Positions 28,614 through 40,334 of a stretch of DNA of 64,000 nt are shown here, one piece after another. The notes under the pieces were generated by a model that saw nothing but the letters and a program-made list of their open reading frames with translations, did no database searches and had not been told where the DNA came from. The DNA is taken from assembly GCA_965202805.1 (NCBI GenBank), contig OZ241869.1, forward strand, positions 3,956,863 to 4,020,862, read 5' to 3'. The translations under genes and the position numbers were made by a program. The DNA comes from Longimicrobiales bacterium (GTDB taxonomy: Bacteria > Gemmatimonadota > Gemmatimonadetes > Longimicrobiales > Gaopeijiaceae). The stretch's first letter is position 1. Every line of letters starts with the position of its first letter.

Positions 28614-29845
28614 AGATGCCTTCCCATCTGGTGGCGGGACTCGATATCGGCGCGACGCGCACCACCGCCCTCATCGCGGAGGTGAGAGGCCAGTATCCGG
28701 CACACTGGATCGAGGTCCTGGGTGTCGGGCAGGTACACACCAACGGCGTGCATCGGGATGTCGTGCAGGATGTCGAGGAGATGACCGAGCGTGTCGCCAA
28801 GGCGGTGCGGGAAGCCGAGCTCATGGCGGGTTGCACCGTTTCCAACGTTTATGTCGGCATCAGCGGTGACCAGGTTCAGACCTTCCCCTCGCACGGCGTG
28901 GTCGCCATCTCCTCCACGGAGGTGTCGGCGGACGACATGGCGCGGCTGCATGTGGTGGCCCGCGCCGTCGCGCTGCCCCACGACCGCGAGCTCCTGCACA
29001 CGGTCCCTCAGAGCTACACGGTCGACAGTACATCGGGGATCCTGCATCCGGTCGGCATGCCGGGTACGCGCCTGGAGTCGGAGGTCTACCTGGTTACGGG
29101 GGCCTCGGCGATCGCCAACAACATCCGCAGCGCGGTCTCACGGGCTGGCTACCGGGTGGAGAAGCTCATCCTGGAGCCGCTGGCGGCCGCACGAGCCGTC
29201 CTGCGGGAGGACGAAAGGGAGATCGGGGTCGCGGTCCTGGATCTGGGCGGGGCCACGAGCCAGATGGCGATTCTCGTCGACGGCAGGCCCTACTACACGG
29301 ACATGCTGCCGACCGGGGGGGTCGCGCTGACCTGGGACCTGGTCCAGCATCTTCACATCCAGCACGAGGAGGCGCGCCGCGTGCTGGAGAACCACGGCTG
29401 CGCCCTGGCCGAGCTCGTGGATTCCCGGGACACGATCGACATCCCGGGGCCCACGCCGTCGAGACCTCGACGCATCGGCCGGGCCGCGGTCGCGGACGCC
29501 CTGGAGAACCGGTTGACGGCGATCATCGCGTGGTATCAGCGGGAGCTGAATGCGCGGGAGCTGATCGCTCCGCTGGGTACGGGAGTGGTTCTGACCGGCG
29601 GAGTCGCCGCCCTCGACGGGATCGGTGAGCTGGTACAGAGAACGCTGGGGACGCCGGTTCGCATCGGCACGCCCGGCGCGGGCGTGAGCGGGCTGGCCGA
29701 CTCGCTGAACCGCTCTCGCCTCTCCACGGTCGTCGGCGTGGCGCAATACGGAGCCGACCGCTTTGCCAAGACCGGACAGGGGGCGCTGGCCCATACCCCC
29801 GGAATGGTCGGAAGGGTTGGATCCTGGCTCAAGGAGTTCTTCTGA
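28610..29845 (+). CDS. ftsA: Cell division protein FtsA (divergent)
   Basis: GLDIG, EAELMAG, PVGMPG.RLE, DLGG, VVLTGG and C-terminal amphipathic WLKEFF. Confidence 0.93.
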   Translation: MKMPSHLVAGLDIGATRTTALIAEVRGQYPAHWIEVLGVGQVHTNGVHRDVVQDVEEMTERVAKAVREAELMAGCTVSNVYVGISGDQVQTFPSHGVVAISSTEVSADDMARLHVVARAVALPHDRELLHTVPQSYTVDSTSGILHPVGMPGTRLESEVYLVTGASAIANNIRSAVSRAGYRVEKLILEPLAAARAVLREDEREIGVAVLDLGGATSQMAILVDGRPYYTDMLPTGGVALTWDLVQHLHIQHEEARRVLENHGCALAELVDSRDTIDIPGPTPSRPRRIGRAAVADALENRLTAIIAWYQRELNARELIAPLGTGVVLTGGVAALDGIGELVQRTLGTPVRIGTPGAGVSGLADSLNRSRLSTVVGVAQYGADRFAKTGQGALAHTPGMVGRVGSWLKEFF

Positions 29846-29937
29846 GCGCACAGCGGTACCGGGTGGGGGGCGCAGGGTCCCCTGCCCGGCGCGAGGAACG
29901 GGAATGGGAAGACATCCATCCAGCAAGGAAGGAAGAG

Positions 29938-31167
29938 ATGACGATCTTCGACTACGACGAGAGCGCGGCCCCCAGCGCCTGCATGAAGGTGGTCGGCTGC
30001 GGTGGAGCCGGCGGCAACGCCGTCAACCGGATGGTCGATGAGAACCTCCAGGGCGTGGAGCTCATCGCCGCGAACACGGATGCGCAGGCGCTGCGTCAGT
30101 CCAGGGCGTCGAACTGCATCCAGATCGGGAAGAAGCTGACGCGCGGCCTCGGGGCGGGCGCCCGCCCCGAGATCGGACGCCAGGCCATCCACGAGAACGC
30201 CGACGAGGTGACCAAGGCGATTCAGGGGGCGGATCTGGTCTTCATCACCGCCGGCATGGGTGGCGGGACGGGGACGGGAGCCGCTCCCATCATCGGTCGC
30301 TTCGCCAAGGAGATGGGTGCGCTCACCATCGGCATCGTCACCCGGCCTTTCTCGTTCGAGGGCAGGAAGCGCCTCCGGCAGGCCGAACAGGGCCTCGAGG
30401 AGCTGCGCAAGGCGGTGGACACGGTCATCGTCGTCCCCAACGACCGCATCATGACGGTGGTCGGCAAGGGAACCAGCTTCCAGGACGCCCTGAAGAAGGC
30501 CGACGAGGTTCTCCTGCACGCCACCCAGGGCATCAGCGACCTCATCCGGGTCGCCGGCGAGGTCAACGTCGACTTCGCGGATGTGCGCACGGTGATGGCC
30601 TGCGGCGGCGGGGCCCTCATGGGTTCCGGCTTCGGGGAGGGGGAACACAGGGCCGAAGAAGCCGCGCGCAAGGCCATCTCTTCTCCGCTGCTGGGCGACG
30701 TATCCCTCAAGGGCGCCCACGGAGTCCTGATCAACATCACCGGCGGAATGGATCTCGCCATTGACGACGTGACCAGGATCTCTAGTATCATTCAGGAAGA
30801 GGCCGGCGACGACGCCGAGATCATCTTCGGCGCGGTCCACGATCCCAAGCTGAAGGAGGGCGTGAGGGTCACGGTCATCGGCACGGGGTTCGGCAACGGG
30901 TCCGAGGCGCCCCGTACCTTGCGGTCGGAGATGACGAGCAACGGCTCTCCATCCGGATTGGACCGGAGGCCGTCGCCGAACCCGTCCCCGCGCCCGGCAA
31001 GGGCGCCCGCCCTGCAGACGGCGGCGGTCACAGGCAGAGGTACAGCGAGCATGAACAGGACTCCCGGTACCCCCAGGCCCGTGCAGCCCCGGAAGCGGCA
31101 ACGCGTCATCGTCCGCGGCCCGGTCGATATCCTCGATTTGCCTACCTTCGTGACGCTTGCCCGGTGA
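29938..31167 (+). CDS. ftsZ: Cell division protein FtsZ
   Basis: [29 protein letters not shown] and tail LDLPTF. Confidence 0.98.
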   Translation: MTIFDYDESAAPSACMKVVGCGGAGGNAVNRMVDENLQGVELIAANTDAQALRQSRASNCIQIGKKLTRGLGAGARPEIGRQAIHENADEVTKAIQGADLVFITAGMGGGTGTGAAPIIGRFAKEMGALTIGIVTRPFSFEGRKRLRQAEQGLEELRKAVDTVIVVPNDRIMTVVGKGTSFQDALKKADEVLLHATQGISDLIRVAGEVNVDFADVRTVMACGGGALMGSGFGEGEHRAEEAARKAISSPLLGDVSLKGAHGVLINITGGMDLAIDDVTRISSIIQEEAGDDAEIIFGAVHDPKLKEGVRVTVIGTGFGNGSEAPRTLRSEMTSNGSPSGLDRRPSPNPSPRPARAPALQTAAVTGRGTASMNRTPGTPRPVQPRKRQRVIVRGPVDILDLPTFVTLAR

Positions 31168-31249
31168 GGCTGTGGGGAGAGCGGATGGGGGCGGGGTTGG
31201 CGGGGCGCCGGCTGGAGACGGCGCCGTGCGTCGTGGGGGCGAGGGCGGG

Positions 31250-32590
31250 ATGACGCCCGTGGCGCGGGATCGCAGGGTCGCGTCGCTGGCGGCCATCGTG
31301 CTGGGCGTCCTCGGGTTGGGGGCGACTGCATGGCTCGCTCCCGGCAGGTCCGTCACCTACGATGCCGGGACGCTGGCTACCGTCGCGGCCGCGCCCCCGG
31401 AAATCGCCGAGCAGGTCAGCCTGCGGCGGGGCCAGACACTGGGGTCGCTCTTCCTCGCCGCCGCCCTCCCGGCCGGTGAACGGGTCGCCCTGCTGGCGGC
31501 CTTCGGCGAGCGAGCCAATCCTCGCCGTCTCATTGCGGGCACCCCGGTAGTGTACTGGAGAGACCGCCGGGACGGTGAGCTGACGGCTGTGGAAGTCGGG
31601 CTCAGCCCGGACTCGACGGTGTACCTGGGCCGCGCCATGGACGGCTGGACATCGCGAATGGTGCGAACTCCGGTCGTCACCGACACGGTCTTCGTCGAGG
31701 GAACCATCCGCTCCAGTCTCTGGATGGCCGTGATGGGAAACCCGTCGCTGCAGTTCATGCCCTCCGGCGACCGGGCCAGGCTCATGGACGGCCTCGACAA
31801 GATCTTCCAGTGGGAGGTCGACTTCCACCGGCAGGTTCGGCAAGGCGATGCCTATCGCGTGGCCCTCGAGCGCGACGTCCGCCCCGACGGGTCCATGAGA
31901 GGCAACGGACGCATCATGGCCGCGGAGTTCGTCAACCGGGAAACGCCATATCGGGCATTCTGGTTCGATGTCTCCGGGGATGGCGAGGGGGCCTACTATG
32001 ATTCCGAGGGCAGGTCGGTTCAGCGGCAGTTCCTGCTGAAGCCGCTCGAGTATCGCCGCATCTCCTCGCGCGTGCAGAGCGCCCGCTTCCACCCCATCCT
32101 GCGGACATGGCGCGCCCACAACGGCGTCGACTACGCCGCCAACACCGGCGAGCCGGTCATGGCGACCGCCAACGGAGTGGTTACCCACCGTGGGTGGAGC
32201 GGCGGTTACGGCAACCTCGTGGAAATCCGGCACAGCAACGGCTTCGTGACCCGCTACGCGCACCTGAGCGGCTTCGGCTCCGGCGTGGCGGTCGGGGCCG
32301 GGGTGAGGCAGGGGCAGACCATAGGCTTCGTGGGCATGACCGGGCTGGCGACCGGGCCCCATCTGCACTACGAGCTGCGGCGGAACGGCCAGGTCGAGGA
32401 TCCCCTCGACATCCGCACCCCTCCCGGCGATCCGATTCCGGAAGCCATGTGGCCCCGGTGGGAGGCGTGGCTGGCGGAGGGACGAGCGCTCCTCGCCAGC
32501 CCCGGGTTCGTTCCGCGCCAGGGCATGCCGGGCACCTCGGTCATCGCCGAAGCAGCCGAGGGCGGGGTCGAGCCCCAGGACGAGCAGTGA
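31250..32590 (+). CDS. M23 family peptidoglycan endopeptidase (MepM/Csd3-like)
   Basis: RFHPIL, HNGVD, YAHLS and GPHLHYE zinc motifs; N-terminal TM. Confidence 0.92.
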   Translation: MTPVARDRRVASLAAIVLGVLGLGATAWLAPGRSVTYDAGTLATVAAAPPEIAEQVSLRRGQTLGSLFLAAALPAGERVALLAAFGERANPRRLIAGTPVVYWRDRRDGELTAVEVGLSPDSTVYLGRAMDGWTSRMVRTPVVTDTVFVEGTIRSSLWMAVMGNPSLQFMPSGDRARLMDGLDKIFQWEVDFHRQVRQGDAYRVALERDVRPDGSMRGNGRIMAAEFVNRETPYRAFWFDVSGDGEGAYYDSEGRSVQRQFLLKPLEYRRISSRVQSARFHPILRTWRAHNGVDYAANTGEPVMATANGVVTHRGWSGGYGNLVEIRHSNGFVTRYAHLSGFGSGVAVGAGVRQGQTIGFVGMTGLATGPHLHYELRRNGQVEDPLDIRTPPGDPIPEAMWPRWEAWLAEGRALLASPGFVPRQGMPGTSVIAEAAEGGVEPQDEQ

Positions 32591-32621
32591 TCCCGTCCGG
32601 CGCATACGCCGGGTCGAAAGA

Positions 32622-34577
32622 GTGAGCCTGTTTTCCTGGATTGCCCTGCCCCTCCTGCTGGTGGCGGCATGCGGTTTCTCCCTCTGGGTCTACCATCGCC
32701 GCGAACTGCCGGTGGCGGGTCGCCGGTTGCTGGCCCTGGGAAGGGCGCTGGCGATCTTCCTGGTGTTGCTGCTCATCTGGAATCCTCGCCTGCCGGCGGG
32801 CGCGGGTGACGGCATCGGCCAGGGCGACCTAGTGCTGCTGGACGGTTCCCTGAGCATGGCGGCCGGCCCTCCCGGCGGGGAAACGGCATGGTCGGACGCG
32901 GTTCGCGAGGCGCAGCGCCTGGCGGGCGGCGGAGGTCGGATCCTGGTCTTCGGGGACGCCGTGGCGGCGAGCGGCGCCGACCAGCTCGAGGGAAGCGCGC
33001 CGACGGCCACCTCCTCCCGGCTGCTCCCGGCCCTGCGCGCGGCAGCCGAGTCGGGCGCACGCGCGGTCACGGTGGTGAGCGACGGGCGCCTGACCGATGC
33101 CGACTTCGGCAGTCTGCCGGTGGTGCCCGGGCTGCAGGCGCGCCTGGAAGTGGTGGACCCGGCGGTGACGAACGCCGGGGTCGCCGACTTTGACACACCC
33201 GCGCGTGCCGAGCGGGGAACGCCCTTTGCCGCCGAGGTCACAGTGTTCGGCGAGGCCGCGCCCGGGACCGCAGCCCGCATCGAGGTGCGCGAGGAGGACC
33301 GTCTGGTCGCCTCGGTTCCGGTGGAGATCCCCCCGCCCGGCGAGGTCGCCCGCACGGCGGTCGACCTTCCCGCACCAGCGACCGAGGGGATGGTGCGCTA
33401 TACGGCCACCGTCGTTCTCGACGAAGACGGGTTTGCCGACGACGACCGGCGCGTGCGTCATGTGCGCGTGGCGCCTCCGCAGGCCGGGCTGGTCCTGCTC
33501 TCCCTGCGCCCGGACTGGGAGCCCCGCTACCTGCTCCCCGTGCTGGAGGACGTGACCGGGCTGCCGGCGCGCGGCTACCTGCGCGTCACGGGGTCGCGCT
33601 ACCTGCCGATCGCGCGCGGCGAGGAAGTGGCGGACGAGGTCACCGCGGGTGAAGTCGGCACGATGCTCGGCGGCGCCGACATCGTGGTGCTGCACGGCGT
33701 CGGCGCCGCCGCTCCGGCCTGGGTGCGCGATGCCGCCCGGAGCGCACCGCGTCTGCTCATCTTTCCGGCCGACCGGGCGGGGGCGTCGCTGGGCGGGGTG
33801 GCGGTGGCGGGCGAGGTCGAGAGCGAGTGGTACGTCTCCGCCGACCTGCCCGCCTCGCCGCTGGCCGGGCAATTCGCCGGCCTCGACCTGGGGGCTCTGC
33901 CGCCCCTCACAGCCCTCCACCCCGCGACCGCTTCCGCCGGCGCGGTCGCGCTCGAGGTCCACCTCGGCGGGCGCGGCGCCGGCGAGGCCGCCCTCGTCCT
34001 GGTCGCCGAGGAGGGCAGGCGTCTGGGCGTCGCACTGGCCGAGGGCTACTGGCGCTGGGCCGCCCGCGAAGGGACGCCGCGCCGCGCTTACCGGTCCCTG
34101 TGGGCTGGCGTGGCGAACTGGCTGTTCGCCGGCGAGCGGCTTGCCACCGCCGGTCCGCCCGGTCCCGCGGAGGCGGTGATCGCGCGCGGGAGCCCCGTGC
34201 GCTGGCAGGCCCCCGGACTGGCCGGACAGGACCTCGGCCTGCGCCTCGTCCGCGACGGCGAAAGCGTGGTCGAGCGCACGGTGACCGTTGATTCCACCGA
34301 GACCTTCACGACCGCGCCGATGGACCCCGGTGCCTACGACTTCGTGCTCTCTCCGGTGGCCGGAGGCGAGGAAGCGAGCGGGCGCTTCGACGTCGAGCGC
34401 TACACCGGCGACCTCAGGTTGCCGCCCGTCGTCGGCGCCCCGGGCGGAGAGGCGGTCGAGGCCGGCGCGCGCGCGGCCGCGGGCCGTCCGCTGCGCACCC
34501 ATCCGGTGCCCTTCATTCTCGTCCTGGCGCTGCTGTGCGGAGAGTGGATCGGCCGCCGGCGCAAGGGGCTCCGGTAG
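32622..34577 (+). CDS. Membrane protein with vWA-like domain
   Basis: Two N-terminal TMs, MIDAS-like LLDGSLSM and VVSDG, YWRW, and C-terminal LCGEWIGRRRKGL. Confidence 0.75.
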   Translation: MSLFSWIALPLLLVAACGFSLWVYHRRELPVAGRRLLALGRALAIFLVLLLIWNPRLPAGAGDGIGQGDLVLLDGSLSMAAGPPGGETAWSDAVREAQRLAGGGGRILVFGDAVAASGADQLEGSAPTATSSRLLPALRAAAESGARAVTVVSDGRLTDADFGSLPVVPGLQARLEVVDPAVTNAGVADFDTPARAERGTPFAAEVTVFGEAAPGTAARIEVREEDRLVASVPVEIPPPGEVARTAVDLPAPATEGMVRYTATVVLDEDGFADDDRRVRHVRVAPPQAGLVLLSLRPDWEPRYLLPVLEDVTGLPARGYLRVTGSRYLPIARGEEVADEVTAGEVGTMLGGADIVVLHGVGAAAPAWVRDAARSAPRLLIFPADRAGASLGGVAVAGEVESEWYVSADLPASPLAGQFAGLDLGALPPLTALHPATASAGAVALEVHLGGRGAGEAALVLVAEEGRRLGVALAEGYWRWAAREGTPRRAYRSLWAGVANWLFAGERLATAGPPGPAEAVIARGSPVRWQAPGLAGQDLGLRLVRDGESVVERTVTVDSTETFTTAPMDPGAYDFVLSPVAGGEEASGRFDVERYTGDLRLPPVVGAPGGEAVEAGARAAAGRPLRTHPVPFILVLALLCGEWIGRRRKGLR

Positions 34578-34582
34578 CCCTT

Positions 34583-35560
34583 GTGACGCCCCCGGGCCGG
34601 CTGACCCGCAAGGGGAGGGGTACGCGCGGGTCGCTGTGGCGGAGGGTCGTGGGCCTCGCCCTCCCGGGTTTCCGCCCGTCCGCCCGCGGCCTGGACGCCG
34701 AGACGCTCGAGGACCTCGAGGACCGGCTGCTGGCCGCCGACTTCGGCGTGGAGGCCGCGCTGCGGCTGGTGGACCGCGTCGAAGCGCTCGACCGGCGCGG
34801 GAGGATCCGCGGCCCGGACGGGCTGCGCATCGCCCTGCGCGCCGAGGTGGCGAAGATCCTGGTTCCGGAGGCATCCCGCGGGCCGACCCCGGCGGGCACC
34901 CGGACGGAAACCGCCTTCCCTCTCCTGGAGCCCCCGCAGGGAATCGCCGCCTACCTCATGGTCGGGGTCAACGGGGTCGGGAAGACCACCTCCGCCGGCA
35001 AGCTGGCGCACGTCCTGGCTGCCCGGGGCAGGAAGGTCCTGCTCGCCGCGGCGGACACCTACCGGGCGGGCGCGATCTCCCAGCTGCGCATCTGGGCGGA
35101 CCGCACCGGCGCCGACTTCGTGGCCGGACAGCCGGGCGGAGATCCCGCCGCGGTCGCCTTCGACGCCATCGACGCGGCCCGTGCGCGCGGCGTCGACATC
35201 GTGATCGTCGACACCGCAGGGCGCCTCCACACCCGCACCGGGTTGATGGACGAACTCGCCAAGGTGCGGCGGGTCATCGCCCGCAAACTTCCGGGGGCGC
35301 CCCACGAGACGCTGATCGTGCTCGACGCCACCGTGGGGCAGAACGCGCTCGCCCAGGTGCGCGCCTTCCGGGACGCGGTGAGTCCCAGCGGGATTCTTCT
35401 CGCCAAGATGGATTCCAGTGCGCGCGGCGGCATCGTCGTGGCCCTCAGGCAGGAGTTCGGGTTGCCGGTCAAGCTGGTCGGGGTCGGCGAAGGCCCCGGA
35501 GACCTCGAGCCCTTTGACGCGAACGCGTTTCTGGAGGGCGTCTTCGGATCCCCGGCATGA
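34583..35560 (+). CDS. ftsY: SRP receptor FtsY
   Basis: GVNGVGKTT, DTYRAGA, DTAGR, DATVGQN, KMDSSARGG and GVGE. Confidence 0.96.
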   Translation: MTPPGRLTRKGRGTRGSLWRRVVGLALPGFRPSARGLDAETLEDLEDRLLAADFGVEAALRLVDRVEALDRRGRIRGPDGLRIALRAEVAKILVPEASRGPTPAGTRTETAFPLLEPPQGIAAYLMVGVNGVGKTTSAGKLAHVLAARGRKVLLAAADTYRAGAISQLRIWADRTGADFVAGQPGGDPAAVAFDAIDAARARGVDIVIVDTAGRLHTRTGLMDELAKVRRVIARKLPGAPHETLIVLDATVGQNALAQVRAFRDAVSPSGILLAKMDSSARGGIVVALRQEFGLPVKLVGVGEGPGDLEPFDANAFLEGVFGSPA

Positions 35561-37659
35561 GCTTCTCGAGGCTCGACGCGCCGGTCCAGTACCTCAAGGG
35601 GGTCGGTCCCAGGCGCGCGGAGCACCTGGCCGGACTGGACATCCGCAAGGCCCGCGACCTGCTCTACCACGTGCCCCGGCGCTATGAGGACGCCTCCACG
35701 GTTCAGCCCGTGGCCGGGCTCGAAGTGGGGGACTCCGCCGTCGTGGTCGGGCGGGTGCGCAGCTCCGGGGTCATCCCCACCCGCAAGGGCCTGCGCATCT
35801 TCCAGGCGGTGATCGAGGACGAGACCGGCCATATCACCTGCGCCTGGCCCGGACAGCCCTGGCTCGACCGCAGGATCCACAAGGGAGACCTTCTGCTCGC
35901 CGCCGGAACCGTGCGCTTCTTTCACGGCCGCCAGATCCAGCCCCGCGAGTTCGCCATTCTGGAATCCGGCCGCGGCCGCGGCGGCGCCTCCGAGGGCGAC
36001 GATGCCGGGGCCCGCGGCACGATCTTCGTCGTCTATCCGGCGTCCGAGTCCGTACCCCAGTGGGTGCTGCGCCAGTTGCTGGAGCGCAACCTGCCCACGC
36101 TCCTGCGGCACGTGGAGGAGGAGGAGTATCTCTCTCCCCTGGAACGCCGCGAGATCGGCGTCCCGGGCCTTGCCCGGGCGCTCTCCAGCCTGCATGCGCC
36201 GCAGAGCCTCGAGGACGCCGAGCGGGGCCGGAAGCGCCTCGCCTGGGACGAGCTCTACTTTCTGCAGCTCATGCACGCCCACGCCCGCTACAGGAGCACC
36301 ACCGCCGTCAACGGCATCCGGTTTCGCCGCACCAACCGGCTCATCCGCCCCCTGCACGAGTCGCTGGGGTTTCGCCTGACCGAAGCCCAGGCCCGGGTGC
36401 TGCGCGAGATCTACGCGGACATGACCACGGACCGCCGCATGAACCGCATGCTTCAGGGGGATGTCGGGTCGGGGAAGACCATCGTCGCCGTCTTCGCGAT
36501 GCTGCTCGCGGTGGAGGGCGGGCATCAGGCCGCCCTCATGGCCCCCACCGAACTGCTCGCCGAACAGCACGCCCGCAGCCTGGGGCGCCTCCTCGGCCCG
36601 CTCGGGGTCGAGACGCTGCTGCTCACGGGGCGCACCGACACCGGCGAGCGCGCCCGCGTCCTCGCCGCCCTGGCCGATGGTGGCGGCAAGGTGGTGACCG
36701 GCACCCACGCGCTCATCCAGGAGTCGGTGGAATTCGCCCGCCTGGGACTGGTGGTGGTGGACGAGCAGCACCGTTTCGGGGTGCGCCAGCGCATGGTCCT
36801 GAGCCAGCGCGACCCCACTCCCGACACCCTGATCATGTCGGCGACCCCCATCCCGCGCACGCTGGCGCTCGCCCTGTACGGGGATCTGGATCTGAGCGTG
36901 CTGGACGAGCTTCCCCCCGGGCGCAAGCCGGTGGAGACCCGCTGGCTGCGGCCCTCACGCCGGGCCGAGGCGTACCGGCTGGTGCGGGACGAGGTGGCGC
37001 GGGGACGCCAGGTCTACATCGTCCATCCCCTGGTGGGCGAGTCCGACAAGCTGCAGCTGCGCTCGGCCACCGAGGAGTGGGAGCGCCTGCGCGCGGAGGA
37101 GTTTCCGGACTTCCGGGTCGGCCTCCTCCACGGCCAGCTTCCCGGCGAGGAGAGGGACGCGGTGATGCGCGCCTTCCTCGCCGGCGAGCTGGACGTGCTG
37201 GTCGCCACCTCGGTCGTGGAGGTGGGCATCGACGTGTCGAACGCCACCGTGATGCTCATCGAGAACGCCGAGCGCTTCGGCCTCTCGCAGCTGCACCAGC
37301 TCCGCGGCCGGGTCGGGCGCGGGGCCGACCGCAGCTACTGCGTCGCCATCGCCGACGCGGAGGAGGCCGCCGCCGAACGCCTGAAGGTATTCCGGAGCAC
37401 GCACGACGGGTTCGCGATCGCGCAGGCCGATCTGGCCATGCGCGGGGAAGGGGACTTCTTCGGCTCGCAGCAGCATGGGCGGCCCGTCCTGCGCTTCGCC
37501 GACCTCGCCCTCGACCGGGACCTCATGCGCACCGCCCGCGAATACGCCCGCGCGACCATCGACCGCGACCCCGATCTGCTCGCCCCCGGGAACGCGATGC
37601 GGCGCCATCTGTTCACCACCCGCTTCGGCGACCGCCTGCAGCTCCGCTCGGTGGGTTAG
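35557..37659 (+). CDS. recG: ATP-dependent DNA helicase RecG
   Basis: LKGVGP, QGDVGSGKT, DEQHRFG, SAT and QLHQLRGRVGR. Confidence 0.97.
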   Translation: MSFSRLDAPVQYLKGVGPRRAEHLAGLDIRKARDLLYHVPRRYEDASTVQPVAGLEVGDSAVVVGRVRSSGVIPTRKGLRIFQAVIEDETGHITCAWPGQPWLDRRIHKGDLLLAAGTVRFFHGRQIQPREFAILESGRGRGGASEGDDAGARGTIFVVYPASESVPQWVLRQLLERNLPTLLRHVEEEEYLSPLERREIGVPGLARALSSLHAPQSLEDAERGRKRLAWDELYFLQLMHAHARYRSTTAVNGIRFRRTNRLIRPLHESLGFRLTEAQARVLREIYADMTTDRRMNRMLQGDVGSGKTIVAVFAMLLAVEGGHQAALMAPTELLAEQHARSLGRLLGPLGVETLLLTGRTDTGERARVLAALADGGGKVVTGTHALIQESVEFARLGLVVVDEQHRFGVRQRMVLSQRDPTPDTLIMSATPIPRTLALALYGDLDLSVLDELPPGRKPVETRWLRPSRRAEAYRLVRDEVARGRQVYIVHPLVGESDKLQLRSATEEWERLRAEEFPDFRVGLLHGQLPGEERDAVMRAFLAGELDVLVATSVVEVGIDVSNATVMLIENAERFGLSQLHQLRGRVGRGADRSYCVAIADAEEAAAERLKVFRSTHDGFAIAQADLAMRGEGDFFGSQQHGRPVLRFADLALDRDLMRTAREYARATIDRDPDLLAPGNAMRRHLFTTRFGDRLQLRSVG

Positions 37660-37795
37660 AGCGAGGACGGGCCGGCCGGTTGGACTTGACGCCCCGGCCA
37701 TGACAGACTAGCAGTCCGTCCGCGCGCTGCCAGCCACCGACGGCCCGCGCCCGCAGACCGTCGTTCCCGAGTCGATTCCACCCCAGGAGACCACC

Positions 37796-39094
<1,299 letters not shown>

Positions 39095-39854
39095 CCCGCG
39101 CCTCCGCCTTCACCGCGTCCCAGAGCGCGTCCAGTTCCTCCAGCGACATCTCCGCCACCCGCCCTCCGCCGTCGCGCGCGAGCTCCTCCACGCGCCGGAA
39201 GCGGGCTTCCACCTTGCGGTTGGTGCGCGCCAGCGCGTTGCTCGCATGTACGCCCGCGAGGCGCGCGAGGTTGACGGCCGTGAAGAGGAGATCGCCGGCC
39301 TCGTCCATCACCTCCCCGGGATCTCCCCGCTGGAGCGCAACTCGCATCTCCTCCAGCTCCTCGGCCACCTTGAGCAGCGCTCCCCCGGCATCCTCCCAGT
39401 CGAAGCCGATGCCGCTCAGCTTTTCCTGAATGCGATGGGCGCGCAGCAGCGGGTCGAGCCCGGCGGGAAGCCCGGAGAGCACGCTCTCGTCGCGGGGGAG
39501 TTCCCTGGCCTTGAGCGCCTCCCAGTTCTCCCGCTCGCCTTCGCCGAAGAGGTGTGGATGACGGCGCCTCATCTTCGCCTCCAGCCGATCCACCACCGAA
39601 TCCCGGTCGAAGGCCCCCGCCTCCTCGGCGAGCACGATCTGAAAGGCCACGTTGAGCAGCAGGTCGCCGAGTTCCCCTTCGAGTTCCCGGGCATCCGCGG
39701 AGCGAATCGCGTCCACCACCTCCTGGCTCTCCTCGATGAGGTACGGGATGAGCGACTCGGCCGTCTGAGCCCGGTCCCAGGGACAGTTCGCGCGCAGGAA
39801 CTCCACGATGGCGAGCGCGCGGTCGAGGGCACCCTCCGAAGGGGCGATTCCGAC

Positions 39855-39964
39855 GGATGCCGGGGCGTCGGATGCCGCGACGTCGGGTGCCGGGGCGCCG
39901 GATGCCGCGACGTGGGATGCCGCGACGTCGGATGCCCCAGCGCCGGATGCCGCAGCGCCGGATG
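39855..39964. repeat. 15-bp tandem repeat, 7 units
   Basis: Consensus GGATGCCGCGRCGYC repeated seven times at the mazG 5' end. Confidence 0.9.
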
Positions 39965-40334
39965 AGTGCGCGATGCGATGGTCGCCTGCTGTCACGATAT
40001 TCGGGGCAGTGTCGCGTGAGGATGGCGCAATTGGAGATGGCGGCCCGTGCGCCGTGGTCGTCCGCGGTGCGAACGTCGGCTCGCAACGAACCCGGGCGGT
40101 GCCGCCGGGAGTAGTATTCCGGACCCTCGGGGAGAAGTCCAGACGACCGGGCGCGGTCGGTTGTCGAATTGTTGCTCCTCGATCCCGGCGGCGACACCTT
40201 TTCGCCGGGTCGTCGGGGCCCGGGTCCCCGCTGCAGTCGCCGCACTGCAGCCGGGCACCGGGCTGACCGGGTTCGGGCGCCGGCGAGCGTCGAGCCGGTT
40301 CCGTTTTTCGCTTCCGGAGATCGCACTACAGTCC

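Noticed and set aside
39855..39964. Possible CRISPR array
   Set aside because: 15-bp contiguous units without spacers; no cas genes in the window.
39996..40334. Possible ncRNA or riboswitch between mazG and alr (hairpins at 40184-40209 and 40230-40251)
   Set aside because: No recognisable riboswitch or ncRNA consensus; short stems are expected in GC-rich DNA. An Rfam scan would be needed.
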